A DNA stretch of 63,793 bases, counting the filler, from Octopus bimaculoides (taxonomy: Eukaryota): the NCBI RefSeq assembly GCF_001194135.2. It is 6 parts of 5 records of this genome, joined end to end, with 100 filler letters (N's around TTAATTAATTAA, not from the genome) between each part and the next. Parts side by side here need not be neighbours in the genome. Positions count along the whole stretch, not along the records: positions 1 to 23,158 come from NC_068981.1; 5 more parts are not named here. One strand, given 5' to 3'. Shown in pieces: positions 1 through 12,235 of this stretch; within the stretch, counting starts at the first letter, position 1, and each line of letters begins with the position of its first letter. The translations under genes were made by a program, and so were the position numbers. The notes beneath the pieces are model-generated. The model searched no databases and was not told the origin of the DNA. It saw nothing but the letters and a program-made list of their open reading frames with translations.

Positions 1-33
<33 letters not shown>

Positions 34-34
34 T

Positions 35-88
<54 letters not shown>

Positions 89-1513
89 GTACATGCACAC
101 AAACATATCCTAGACACACACACACGTATATGTGTATATATTTACAGAACAAGAGAGAGACGGAGAGAGAGGGGAACGGAGAGGGAGACAGAAAGATAGA
201 ACGAACATTTAGGAACAGTGTCACTAGACCACAGATATTTTCTATAATTCATACATTCTCAGACTTTCATGTTGAGATAAAAAAAATTTTACAATATAAC
301 TAATTTAATATAAATATTGAATTTATATTAAATCTAAACATTTATCTTTCGTTTCACGAATGTGAATGTATCAAACTTTAAATCCTAACTTACATTCTTT
401 GAAAAGTACTTCCTAGAATTCAACAAAAATGGCTACAATCGATGTAATTCAATGAAAATACAATGAAAAATATGGATGTGCTTTGAGTGAATTTGTGTAG
501 ATGTGCTTGTATGTGTATATTTGTACGTGTATTTGTACATGTTTGTTTGCATGTGTGTATGTGTGTGTGTATGGAACATTATGAGAGCAGTGGTGCTTGA
601 GATAACCGAATACTTGTTCAAGCAACTTAAAACAAAGAATGGCATTATCTGCTATTCGGTTTTGGAAACACTGAATGAAACAATAAAGAAAACAAAACTA
701 TAATGTTGAAAGTAACAGCAGGACATGAGGCAAACATTTATGTTCTGAAAATTCATTACAAACAAATATCAATTTTAATTCACTATTTTCCTTCAATTGT
801 CGATTGTGTTTATTTAGTGCTATTGTCTTCTGCAGATAAATATTTCCTTCTTCTTTATTATTATTATTATTATAATAATAATAATAATAATAATAATAAT
901 TATTATTATTATTATTATTATTATATACTTTCTTTATTGATGTTGAAACTAAGTCTGCTTGCTCGTGTTATCTTTAGATAAAAGGAGAAAATATATATAC
1001 GTCTGTTAATCAAACAATGCTATAAACTGCTTCCTGTACTCTGTAATGAAAATGTATCACTCATTGGTTCGGGGAAAGAAATATTGTATTAGATAGTAAT
1101 ATTTATAATTACTTTGGCATGTTTATGTTAATCCTTCGCTTTGTATACATTTACTTCGTATACATTGTCAAGTAAAGTAGGAAGCGTTTAATCAGAAATA
1201 TATACATTAGGGTAAACGGTCGAGACTGTCGCATAAGTATGTATTTATTAATCTTGTTTTATCTTTTAAACCTAAATTACACACAAAAACGAAAAACGGT
1301 GTAGTTTGTCTACCTAATCATACGTATTAAATGTATTATACTTATCTTTATTCCGTCTAAATTTTTTATCTTCTTAGTTTATTAAAATGTCTCTGAGCAA
1401 CGGCTGAACAAATATTTAGGAACACACAGAACACTGAACAGTGAATACAAGAATAATTTCTTACGGAAGGAGAGAAGTTTAGATATGGTTGTTGCTTAGT
1501 CACTCGTTGTCCA

Positions 1514-1516
<3 letters not shown>

Positions 1517-1560
<44 letters not shown>

Positions 1561-1628
1561 CCTTTCTACTAAAGGCACAAAGACTGAAAATTTGGAAGTG
1601 GGGACAAGTCAATTACATCGACCCCAGT
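1517..1628 (-). mobile_element. 3' end of tRNA-derived SINE (family A) with (ATT)n tail
   Basis: Reverse complement reads ...TACTGGGGTCGATGTAATTGACTTGTCCCC...GTGCCTTTAGTAGAAAGG followed by (ATT)n, matching the 3' ends of the copies at 9103-9320 and 14862-15065. Confidence 0.6.
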
Positions 1629-2290
1629 ATATATATATACACACACACANNNNNNNNNNNNNNNNNNNNNNNNNNNNNNNNNNNNNNNNNNNNNNNNNNN
1701 NNNNNNNNNNNNNNNNNNNNNNNNNNNNNNNNNNNNNNNNNNNNNNNNNNNNNNNNNNNNNNNNNNNNNNNNNNNNNNNNNNNNNNNNNNNNNNNNNNNN
1801 NNNNNNNNNNNNNNNNNNNNNNNNNNNNNNNNNNNNNNNNNNNNNNNNNNNNNNNNNNNNNNNNNNNNNNNNNNNNNNNNNNNNNNNNNNNNNNNNNNNN
1901 NNNNNNNNNNNNNNNNNNNNNNNNNNNNNNNNNNNNNNNNNNNNNNNNNNNNNNNNNNNNNNNNNNNNNNNNNNNNNNNNNNNNNNNNNNNNNNNNNNNN
2001 NNNNNNNNNNNNNNNNNNNNNNNNNNNNNNNNNNNNNNNNNNNNNNNNNNNNNNNNNNNNNNNNNNNNNNNNNNNNNNNNNNNNNNNNNNNNNNNNNNNN
2101 NNNNNNNNNNNNNNNNNNNNNNNNNNNNNNNNNNNNNNNNNNNNNNNNNNNNNNNNNNNNNNNNNNNNNNNNNNNNNNNNNNNNNNNNNNNNNNNNNNNN
2201 NNNNNNNNNNNNNNNNNNNNNNNNNNNNNNNNNNNNNNNNNNNNNNNNNNNNNNNNNNNNNNNNNNNNNNNNNNNNNNNNNNNNNNNNAT

Positions 2291-4275
2291 ATCTTTCAGT
2301 GCCGTGTTCCAGAGACCGTCATCCTTGAGCAGTCCACCCTCAGACATGCATCCCTGTAAGTAGAGTAGATTTCTCTGTCGATAGACCTCACGTCAGCAAA
2401 TTATTAAATTATTTCGGACCTTTGATGTGAAAAAGAAGCATCTGCAACAAAAAGCACTCCTGGTCCTTTGGGTGGACAGTGTAAACACGTCCGATCATAT
2501 CATTTTGAAGATTGCCTTGCCGGTCACATTGTCGACGACTCTCACGCCCTGGCGCCGCCATTGCCATTTTTTTTTTTGTTTGTCCACACAAAGTAGGATG
2601 GGATACCGGCGTAAAAAAGATCTTGTGCAAACGAATCAGAAGAGCATAATTTAAAGAAACCTGTAAGCTGTGTTTTCGGCGGATGTTCGAGTACATTTGA
2701 AGTGGTCTCCTCAGTTAAATAAACACGCTGGCCATTTCCTAAGTGAACGCCTAAACCCAAACAGCCGGTGAGCATTGATGTATATCAAAGCCAAAAATCT
2801 GCCACGCAGCAGTATTGGATGAAATGTATCTGCCCATCACGTAGTATAGAATTTCATCATTTAACGTATGTCCATCTTGAATGCCCAACACAGCCATATT
2901 TCCACCCTCGTTGATATACTTACGTATGTATTTGAGGCTTTTGACCGAAGTACAGGGCTTTACGTTAATGTGCGCATTAAATGTTTTTACCAAAAAAGGA
3001 CTGTAGGGCACAACCATGATGTCGATGTCAAATTCTTCGGTTCGTATCCTTTTCCCCCCAAGTCAGAGGCACACCGTCGATAAATTGGGTATCCATCAAT
3101 GCCAGGGCACGTAGCTCTGTTGAAAGCTCTCTGATAGCGTTTTGTACATTTGTTATTCTCCATGCAGAGTGAATTAGGATGTGAGGCACCACAGGGTCCG
3201 TGTATCATGTGCGTTGAAACGATTTTGAAAAGCTCCAAGTTGATTTGCGGATCAGGCAGCTCTGCGCATATGATTTGATCAACTTCTACTGGTGGGATTT
3301 TTTCTTGGTACCAAATTCGAATATGGGCATGTGGAGGACTACGTTTTTCCCATTCAACAGTGTACATCCACACGCTGAGTTTACCGTAGATTGCCCCATC
3401 TTTTAACAGCCACATTAGTCTCTGAAGTTTTCCGTGGAATACTCTGGCCGTAATATCATGCCTGTCGCACGCCGCCAGGCCCTTGAATAGGTTTTCTTTA
3501 ATCTCTCATCAATTACGGTTGCAGGTGAAGGTGATGAACAAATCAGGACCCCCATGGCATCCTGTGTCCGTTGATGCATGTACCGCGGCGACCCGGTATG
3601 GCTGGAAGGTAGTATCACATGAAGGCCAATGTTAGCTGCGTTACCGTGTCGCTGGACATGGTCCTTAACGTGAAGATATCTTTTGATTTTGACGGATATA
3701 TAGAAGCCTTTCTCCTTCGATCTTTGCGTACATGTCAACCAGGAATTGAATTTGTTACTTCTTTGTAACGCAGCAGTTGGTTGAAATGGCCGTCTCTGAC
3801 CATATGACGGTAGGCGTAGAATTCTTTGCAGGATACAGTCTCTGTCAACTCAGCACCGGTGGTCGGATGAACATGGTGCAGCTCGAAGTTGTAGTTGTCT
3901 TCTTCATAGGGAAACATCAGGGGGTACTGCAGACAATCGTACGACCGATGAGTTCCCGCAACAAAGGACAGTCGGCTATCGCGGTGCTGGAGGACGATAT
4001 CACGCCTCCCATTCTCCTCGCCAATCAAGATGGCTACAACCTCGTTAGTAGTTGGAGCGTTGAAACATCGAAGCTGCTCACCAGTAGGTCGCCTGTCAGC
4101 TTTAATTATCAATTTCAGCTCAGGTCTGGTGTTCAAAAGCTCCAAAGCATTCTTGAATTCGTTGACGTAAGGATGTGTTGCATGAAATATATCTTGGAGT
4201 TCAGCAACAATGGCCGTGTCAACATCCAAATTTCTCCTGCGCCGTTGGGCAATTTGTTTATCTGCATAACTGTGT
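2291..4275 (-). mobile_element. Decayed autonomous Helitron, Rep (HUH endonuclease) region, frameshifted; helicase part not visible (adjoining gap)
   Basis: Consecutive minus-strand ORF pieces carry Helitron Rep motifs in the correct order: FNAPTTNEV, THRSYDCLQYPL, VILPSSHTGSPRYMHQRTQDAM, YTVEWEKRSPPHAHI (HUH), MIHGPCG, DGYPIYRR, VVPYSPFL..TFNAHINV, KYIRKYINEG (catalytic Tyr motif), GRYISSNTAAWQIFGF, GRVYTVHPKDQECF, GLLKDDGLW. Confidence 0.9.
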
Positions 4276-5799
4276 GTGTACTATAACTCTATCGGCTGAC
4301 ATAGGACTATATAAGAACAACAAAGTACATATATCTGTGTATGTGTGTGTCTATATCACATATTAATATATATGAAGTGTTTGTGTGTGAGTGCGCATTT
4401 ACTTTTACATTAATATATATATTTACCAACACGGACTATATATATACACTATATTACAGAGAAAGCTGACCTCTCATAGTAGATGCATGAAGTTCAAAGT
4501 TAACTATTTAGATATGTTAAATGATCGTGTAGTAGAATTTTATGTAAAATTGAAGGGTAAAAAGAAAGATTCAATCGAATTTCAATACTTATTTTTGAAT
4601 TTACTATTGGTAGACCTTCATATATCTTTACAATAATAACAACCTTACAGATGAAATCCCAGCTTTTTTTGAGTTATACTAACCAGACAGCCTTAGCTTG
4701 ACGTATTAGAAATCAGCGCAGGAAATTGCATAATTAGTATGTTAAAACTAACGATTGAAAGGAATAGAAAAGATAGATATTAAACTCTCGGCCTAAGTAC
4801 TGTTTGAAACTATGAAATTAGTTTCCAAATTGCAATAATGCAGAGCAGAGTAGCATTTATATAACGTTGTTTTCTCGTAGTTTAATGAACTTTGCAACAA
4901 CAAACCGAAGTACAGAGAATTTTCTAAAAGCTAGTGATTTTACCATCGAAAATAACATCTCATCAAGAAATGAAAGCTACATCGAACATCATTAGTACAG
5001 ACTTGAAAAGAATTTTTTTTAAACGATTTTTGCTACTACTTACCATTTCTGTGATGTCGAACAAATTGCTGTCTCTAAACCCATTTAGAGCTGACTTATT
5101 TCCTAATATTGGGTACGACATCAACAAGCGACTTGTATCACTCAGCTTTCAAATAAAAGTGTTCCCCCGTGTTATTTGTTTAGAACAATATGATTTAGAC
5201 ATAAATGAGTAAGCGGAGAAGAAAATAAAACATTTGCTGAAAAAGAAACAAAACAAACAAACAAAAAACACGAGAAAACAACAGCAAAAAAATTTGGATT
5301 ACACCGGTCTGTAGTTCTCATCTTTTATTTTCAGAATTATACTTCAACAAACCTATCTTATACGGGAAAAAAACAAAATAAAAACAAAACAACAAAAAGC
5401 ACAATCGTATTGGTTTTTCTGTTCACATAATGAACAATTACGAGCGCCATTTTATCACAAATATAAAAAGTTTATCAGTTGTAAGATCACATTTAGCCAT
5501 TGACATTGCGCAACGCTACGCTGGTGACAGAATAGAAACCATCGACATTTAGTTTCCCTCTCCAAGAACAAAAGAAACAAACTATTGTTTTCTTCAAATA
5601 TCGCAGTTGTGTTATATATATATATATATATATGCATGTGCATATGTTTATATGTATGTTACACACGCGCACACATATATCTGCATACTTAATGCATATA
5701 AAATACATATATAATTCCTTTATCCGTCCAGCTGAGACGACTGGCGCTACGGTGGGCGTCTTCAAAATGATTCTGCTAGCGTCTGTTGCTAACTTGATT

Positions 5800-6045
5800 T
5801 TAAAAAATGCTATCCAAGAAGTTCTACCGTACCCACGGCGTTCTGATATAGCACCTTCAAATCAGCACCTTTTTCGGTCGCTCTCTAATTGTGTGCAAGG
5901 CGTTTCGTTCAACAACGGCGTAGAAACGAGAATGTGGCTAGATCAAATCTTCGACTCGGGGCTGTGATTTTTCCGCAGTCAAGGTATCACCAAGCAAGAG
6001 GAACGTTGGCGAGAAGACTTGAACAATGAAGGAGAATATAGCATT
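5800..6045 (+). mobile_element. Mariner/Tc1 transposase C-terminal fragment (degenerate)
   Basis: EVLPYPRRSDIAPSNQHLFRSLSN..QGVSFNN..E.RMWLDQIF matches the mariner consensus EVLPHPPYSPDLAPSDYHLFRSL; the downstream frame resembles GI.KL.ERW..V....GEYI. Confidence 0.75.
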
Positions 6046-6214
6046 GACTGATTTATTAAAACTGTCAATGAAAAATAGGGATTAAAATAAATCAAAGAAG
6101 ACGAAGGAAAGTATACATGTTTGTATGTTCGCGCGCGCGCGCGTAAAGTTAAAATTATTTAAAAGTCACTCGCGATCATGTGTGCAACACACCATTAGGC
6201 CATGCGACCTCATG

Positions 6215-6428
6215 GTTGGCACTCCGTCGCTTACGGCGTCGAGGGTTCCAGTTGATCCGATCAACGGAACAGCCTGCTCGTGAAATTAACGTGCAAGTGG
6301 CTGAGCACTCCACAGACACGTGCACCTTTAACGTAGTTCTCGGGGATATTCAGCGTGACACAGAGTGTGACAAAGCTGGCCCTTTGAAAAACAGGTACAA
6401 CAGAAACAGGAAGAAAGAGGGAGAGAAA
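6215..6428 (-). mobile_element. 3' half of tRNA-derived SINE (family B), cut off at a MITE
   Basis: Near-identical to about 19085-19295 (GGAACAGCCTGCTCGTGAAATTAACGTG...CAGGTACAACAGAAACAGGAAG); similarity stops at GAGAGAAAGT, where the MITE begins. Confidence 0.7.
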
Positions 6429-6680
6429 GTCAATATCAACGTCAATATCAAGTTATGCCAGTGAACAGGTCGCGGTTTCAAAGCCTCGAACATATTTTGA
6501 CACAAATTAAATTTAAATATAACAATTGCAGCGTGGAAGATGTTTGTAAGCCATTTAAGAAGACACGGAAACCGTTAAATTCACTTCAACATTTAAATTT
6601 AATTTGTGTCAAAATATGTTCGACGCTTTGAAACCGCGACCTGTTCACTGGCAAAACTTGATACTGACGTTGATATTGAC
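6429..6680. mobile_element. MITE-like element with 90-bp terminal inverted repeats
   Basis: 6429-6518 is the reverse complement of 6591-6680 with 3 mismatches, around a 72-bp spacer. A second partial copy lies at 14524-14650. Confidence 0.75.
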
Positions 6681-6884
6681 ACAGAATGCAAACTGAAAAA
6701 GTGAAATAAAGAACTGAATATAGGAGTAAGGAAGATAGAACAGTTTATACTTTGCTTATTTCGATAACTCGAAATTAATACTCTTTTGTTAAGTGAAACT
6801 GGAAGACGGTGTCGAGCTGTTATAATTGGCTCAGATGTGTAGGAGAGGGTAGTGATATCAGTAGACTAAAACTGCCTGAATTCT

Positions 6885-7075
6885 TTTCTACTATAGGCAC
6901 AAGGCTTGGAATTTGGGGGAGGGGGATAGTCGATTACATCGACCCAAGTACTCAACTGGCACTTCAATTATCGACCCCGAAAGGATGAAAGGCAAAGTTG
7001 ACCTCGGCGGAATTTGAACCCAGAACGTAGCGGCAAACGAAATACTGCTCAGCATTTCGCCCGGCGTACTGATTT
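6885..7075 (-). mobile_element. tRNA-derived SINE (family A)
   Basis: Reverse complement contains GTTCAAATTCCGCCGAGGTCAACTTTGCCTTTCATCCTTTCGGGGTCGATAA, shared with at least 5 other copies in the window. Confidence 0.8.
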
Positions 7076-7345
7076 CTTTATTTGAGCATTCAGGTTCGAC
7101 ATAGAGGGAACGATACACGCACAGACAAAACAGCACAGTATGGATATAAAACATAGAACGAATGAATGATAGATGAATTACAATAATGAAAATGAGATGG
7201 TTTCCCTGCTCCACACTTGCAGCCAGTGTCATTTAAATGTTATTGGTTAACGTTTGTAAATCAGTTTTTTTTCTTTTCCTTTTGTATCTATTTTTTTTAA
7301 CGTCACTAACAATTTTTAAAATATTACTTTTTTTCTTCCTTTTTA

Positions 7346-8281
7346 TCACACTAGGTACGGCATCAAATCTTGGAAGTGTACCACTGGTGGTAATTCGTCG
7401 AATTGAACTCTTAATGCCGTTATCTCTATCTTGTTCCCAAATAGTTCTCTTAGTTTTTCACCTCTCGTGCTATCAAGTAAGATTGCTTTGGTGTTTTCTA
7501 ATAGTCTCACCCTAATTGCTGTCTTTATTATTGTAATTTTCTTTTCTATTTCCACACTTTTAGTATATTTTATCATGTCCCATATATGTTTTGGCTCTTT
7601 TTTCTGTAGTCCTTGCTTTCCTATATTGGTTTCCTTCGATGTTGTTGGTATTAGTACTTCTTTTTTATCTGTTGATTTTTGCAATCCCACTTGCTTTTCC
7701 ATTTGGACCTCTTTCGTTGCTGCTGGCATCTCACGACGTGTTTCCCTTTCACTTGGTTGTTTGTGCAGTTCCACCTGCTCCTCCATCCTAATCTCCCTCG
7801 ATGCTGCTGGCATCTTCCGACGTGTTTCCCTTTCACTTGGTTGTTTGTGCAGTTTCACCTGCTCCGCCATCCTAATCTCCCTCGATGCTGCTGGCATCTC
7901 CTGTCTTACTTTTCTTTTCTGGAGTTTCACCTACTCCTCCTCGCTGGTTCCCCTCGATGTTGCTGGACTTCCTTCTGTACTCTCTTTTCTTTTCTTTAGC
8001 GGACTCTTCTTCTTTCTCCTTACCACCATAAACTGTTCCTCTACATTGTCTGAACTCTTTTCACCTACTGGGTTTTTCGTTTCGGCGATATGTTTCTTCT
8101 CCTCGCCCTTTAGCTCCTGTTCCATTATATCCTCATTGTTTTTCTGGGGACACTTTGCCACCATGTGTCCCCGTACTCTACATTGGTAGCGGGTTGGAGG
8201 TCTTCCCTCCACCATCACCACTCTCAAAATCACATCTTCCGGCAGTTTCACCTCCTCTGCTATGTTTTGAAGGTTTGGCAA
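7346..8281 (-). mobile_element. Gag/ORF1-like remnant of a retroelement (degenerate zinc knuckle plus charged repeats), frameshifted
   Basis: VEGRPPTRYQCRVRGHMVAKCP resembles a CX2CX4HX4C knuckle with the first Cys lost. It is followed by a Lys/Glu-rich region in two ORFs (7931-8281, 7346-7930). Confidence 0.55.
7718..7900. repeat. 84-bp tandem repeat (about 2.2 units)
   Basis: TGCTGCTGGCATC starts at 7718, 7802 and 7886; the minus strand encodes a 28-aa unit of the form (E/K)MPAASREIRM.EQV.LHKQPSERETRR. Confidence 0.9.
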
Positions 8282-8809
8282 ACTGACCTTCTTCTATGTT
8301 GAAAATGATTCTGCCTGCTGGCCGCCTTTTAAATTGCCTGAATTGTAATAGTATCTTTCCACGTGTTGCTCTCGTTTATTTACAAGTAGTTACTCCTTGA
8401 TGCTCAAGTTACAAATAGTTATTCACAAAGTTACTCCTTGATTTACTGCTACCTAAATGATAGGCATAAAATATGTAATGTGGCATTTCCCCATGCTTTT
8501 GAAGGCTATATTAACCTGCGCGTGTTCCTTGTTCTCAGAAGTTACTGCCTTCGAGCACATACCTACATTGTTAACTGTACCGTTAAACATTGTGCACGTC
8601 TCATTGCTGTTTGTTGGCTAATTTACGGACAAGAAGTAGCTCAAGGAACGTCCGAAGCTCGCCATATCTATGTTCAGTCCCGTTTGCCATTGTGAGTGCA
8701 ACACTAAAACCACTTGGCCATGCGAACTCACAAATACTGTACATAAAGTAACACAATATGATATAATATAATAAATATAATAAAATATAGACATTGAAAT
8801 TGATATAGA

Positions 8810-8990
8810 TGTGAACGTAGTTAAGAAGTTCAGTTTGGAACTTGGTTCTGGATTTAATCCCACCGTGTGACTGCGGCACTTTGGATAAGTCTTCACAAGC
8901 TCGTATATACTCGAGTCATCTAAAGTCTGTGAACGAAATTTGAAACAAAGAAACTGTGCTGAAGTTCTCGGTTATATTTTCGCATACACT
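8810..8990 (+). mobile_element. Old diverged CORE-type SINE
   Basis: Degenerate tRNA-like head (GTAGTTAAGAAGTT...GGATTTAATCCCAC) and a core resembling the copies at 30243 and 59281. Confidence 0.4.
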
Positions 8991-9102
8991 TGAGAGACAT
9001 GCGTTTTACTCGATACTACCCAGTTACTAGAGTTGGTATAATCGAAATACTCTCTTCTCCTTAACTTGCTGGTTTTTTTGTCAACATTTTAAACCATTAG
9101 GG

Positions 9103-9320
9103 GTAGCAGACTGGGAAAATCGTTAGAAAGCTGGGCAAATGCTAAGCGGTATTTCTTTCGGCTTAACCTTCTGAGTTCTAGTTCTGCTGAGGTCAACCTT
9201 GTCTTTCACCCTTTCGGGGTCGATAAAACAAGTACTCGTCAAGCAATGAGATTGACGTAATCCACTAGTTCCCTTCCACAAAAGTTTAGGTCTTCTGTCT
9301 ATAGTAGAAAGAATTATTAT
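9103..9320 (+). mobile_element. tRNA-derived SINE (family A)
   Basis: AAATGCTAAGCGGTATTTC...GAGGTCAACCTTGTCTTTCACCCTTTCGGGGTCGATAAA...TAGTAGAAAGAATTATTAT. Confidence 0.75.
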
Positions 9321-9334
9321 AAATTCTGAAGACG

Positions 9335-9510
9335 TCGAAGTGGCCAAATCGTTAGAGTGTCGGACAAAATATGTGTTTCTTATTACTTTCTGAGGTCAAA
9401 TTCTGCCCCGTCAACTTTGCCTTTTACCTCTGATGGGGATGGTTCAATTTACTCGATTTGCCCCTCCCCTTAAAATCGCTGGCATGTGCTAAAATTTGAA
9501 AGAATTGCTA
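9335..9510 (+). mobile_element. Diverged family A SINE, head-to-tail behind the previous copy
   Basis: TCAAATTCTGCCCCGTCAACTTTGCCTTT core and ...AAATTTGAAAGAATT tail. Confidence 0.5.
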
Positions 9511-11556
9511 TTATTTCGCATGAAGTGGTTGAATAAATTAAAGTAGGACACCGGACAGTACTACTTTATTTAATCCACGTTCAAATTTTGCCCGGTGGAC
9601 ATTACTTTTTCTTCTTCCGAGGTTAATAAAGTAATTGGACAAAATATAAATACATATAAATGATGCTGGAAATCAGAAAACTTTAATAAAAAAAAACTAC
9701 TTTTGAATTCAGCGGACTCTTTTCGAAGACTATTGACGAATTTAAATTCAATGAAATGTTTATTGTGGGTAATGCAGAATACGCACTGCGTAAATATAAT
9801 GAACATAATTATCTTGAATTAAAAACGTCTGAAATTTTTTTTACTTTGATTTTGCAAATTAAACTATACATTTGAGTGACGTTTTGTATAATGAAAAAGC
9901 ATTAACTATGAATGTTTTGTGACATGTACTTCTCAGCGGCTTTACATTTTTTTGGCCTGTAACACTTGGTGTTTAAGGGAGGTCTAAAGGTGAGTCTTTA
10001 ACATGAATAAATCACTGCCAATACAAAAGTCAAAATATAACGCAGACATTTTTTAGTTTCACTAATCGTATTTCACATATAAAGAAATCGATATTGAAGG
10101 ACACAATTGGTATTTATTACTTATTTCTCGATGCATAACTCTTAGTAAGGTCATGAAAGCAAACATTCCGTTCTATAATACCCATATAAAATATTATAAA
10201 TGTCTTCAACAATGCAGTCAAGTCAATTTGGTTTTGTTGAAGTTAGATGTCCAAACATAATAGTAGCACAGATAGTAACTCGCTGGTAAAATGCCAGGAC
10301 TAATGCACGCTCCTGCTATGTTTGATACCTGTCAGTAATTCAGTGCAGCAATTCACATAAATAGACAAGTATATTCATACAAAGCTAGTTGATCAATTTA
10401 AGCATCAACATTATTTACAGAAACCAATATTTGAACGGAAGAGTAATTATTGACAGTGATAATTAACCAAAAAATGTTATTTCAACCGGTTTACGAGTTT
10501 TAAATCTATTTGGAGAGACTATGCTTGTGTAAGCACGACTAAGTTTGTTAAGCGGGGAAGTGAGATAATGTTCTGAGGCTTACGGTTAACTAAGGAACAC
10601 TTTAATAATAGATTCACGTGTTCGATATCTTTCTCATGTCATTATCGCAACTTACACTAGACTTTAATTTTTATCTTGACCAACGACTTGCTCTGCATGA
10701 TGTTTTTTTTTATTTGTCTATATTTATAAACTAACCGAGTGTTTTAATGACCATAAGTAGTAGAACTAAATGTGTTTTGGAAACCACGGTACTGGAACAA
10801 GATCAAAAGCTTTGCGACCCAAACGCAAGCTGTGTGGAGACCATGGAAATACATCCTCTTTCATTGCAAGGAAAACTAAACCGAAAATGAAAGCCAATGA
10901 TATCAATGTATGAAGCGAAGCAGAAATACAAGATCAAATCTGGTTTACTGCTGAAATGACAGTCTGATTGGATACGGTCAAAAAGTGATAAAGTAACTGC
11001 AATTGAAGTGTTGACAGTGTATTGCTTGGATACACTTAAAGATGTGTCATGTTTGGAGAGTTCGATTGTAGTAAAGAAAGTTTTAAACAAAAATCTAGTG
11101 AACGCAATGATATTATGAAACATCAATCACTGTTTCCTGCATAAATAGATCTGACGATATTTCCTGAGTACAAAAGGGAGCAGAGGAACATTACTAATTA
11201 AGTTTAACATAAAACGAAATCAGCGGTGTATTATTCACATGTAACAATTTACAAAACACCAACGTGAAGTGCCTCAGAGCAGAGACACATTGATTGATCT
11301 ATGTTATTAAATCTATATGGTGTAGGATTCTAGCTGAAGCGATCAGTAAAACAGTAACTTAGTAACAATATTATAAAAAATGAGGTTAAAAGCAATAGAA
11401 AATGTGATGATAAAATACACTGAAAATTGATTGTAGTTGTAAAAAAACAATAATACAAAAGAAAATACTTTTATAAAAAACAACTAGCTACTAAAGTAAT
11501 TGCTATAGCATATACACATTTTACACTGCTGACCTGATGCTTTAACAGATATCAAA

Positions 11557-11591
<35 letters not shown>

Positions 11592-12011
11592 TAGATATAA
11601 GCACGAACACGCTATCTTAAAGACAGACTATTTAGCATTCACAATGGGTTTTGTATATGATTATATAATCTATCTAGTTATCATTCTATCTATCTGTCTG
11701 TCTGTACATATGTATTAAATAACAACAGTTGAATCGCATATCATATTATCAGCTTTAGAATCCCATCAATACAGCGAGGTTTGGCGAGAAATACTCTGAG
11801 GTCTCAAAAAAATAAACAACGAAAGAATAGACGGAACGAATTTATAAGCTGAAATAGTCCTAATAGTGGATTGAAATAGTCCTAATAGATGCTACTGTAC
11901 ACCAAACCAATCCAATCTCTGTAGATGGGATCGAAACCTCTCTTGGGTACAAGTAGATCAAGTAATGACTATTTAGCTAGTTGAAAATTTTCGATAGGTC
12001 TAAATTGAGGT

Positions 12012-12235
12012 GACCGGTAATAAAGTCACAGGAAAAAATGTCACAGTAATAAAGTCACAAATTTAGCGAGGAAAAAAAAAGTCACAATTAATTTATGTGA
12101 TCCGGACAAAATCACCCTAAGACAAAACCCCCTCGGGCACCCCACCCCCGGAAAAAACCTTGTGACTTTCTTACCGTGACATTTTCCGCTGTGACTTTTT
12201 TACCTGTGACTTTTTTTTTTACCTGCATTCAAATT
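12012..12235. mobile_element. Small foldback/non-autonomous DNA-transposon-like element with inverted subterminal motif arrays
   Basis: Four (AAA)GTCACA motifs at 12022-12086 and four inverted TGTGAC(TTT)-type motifs at 12160-12215, around a GGACAAAATCACCC/GACAAAACCCCC core. Confidence 0.5.

Noticed and set aside
3777-4286. 169-aa plus-strand ORF
   Set aside because: Antisense shadow of the Helitron Rep frame.
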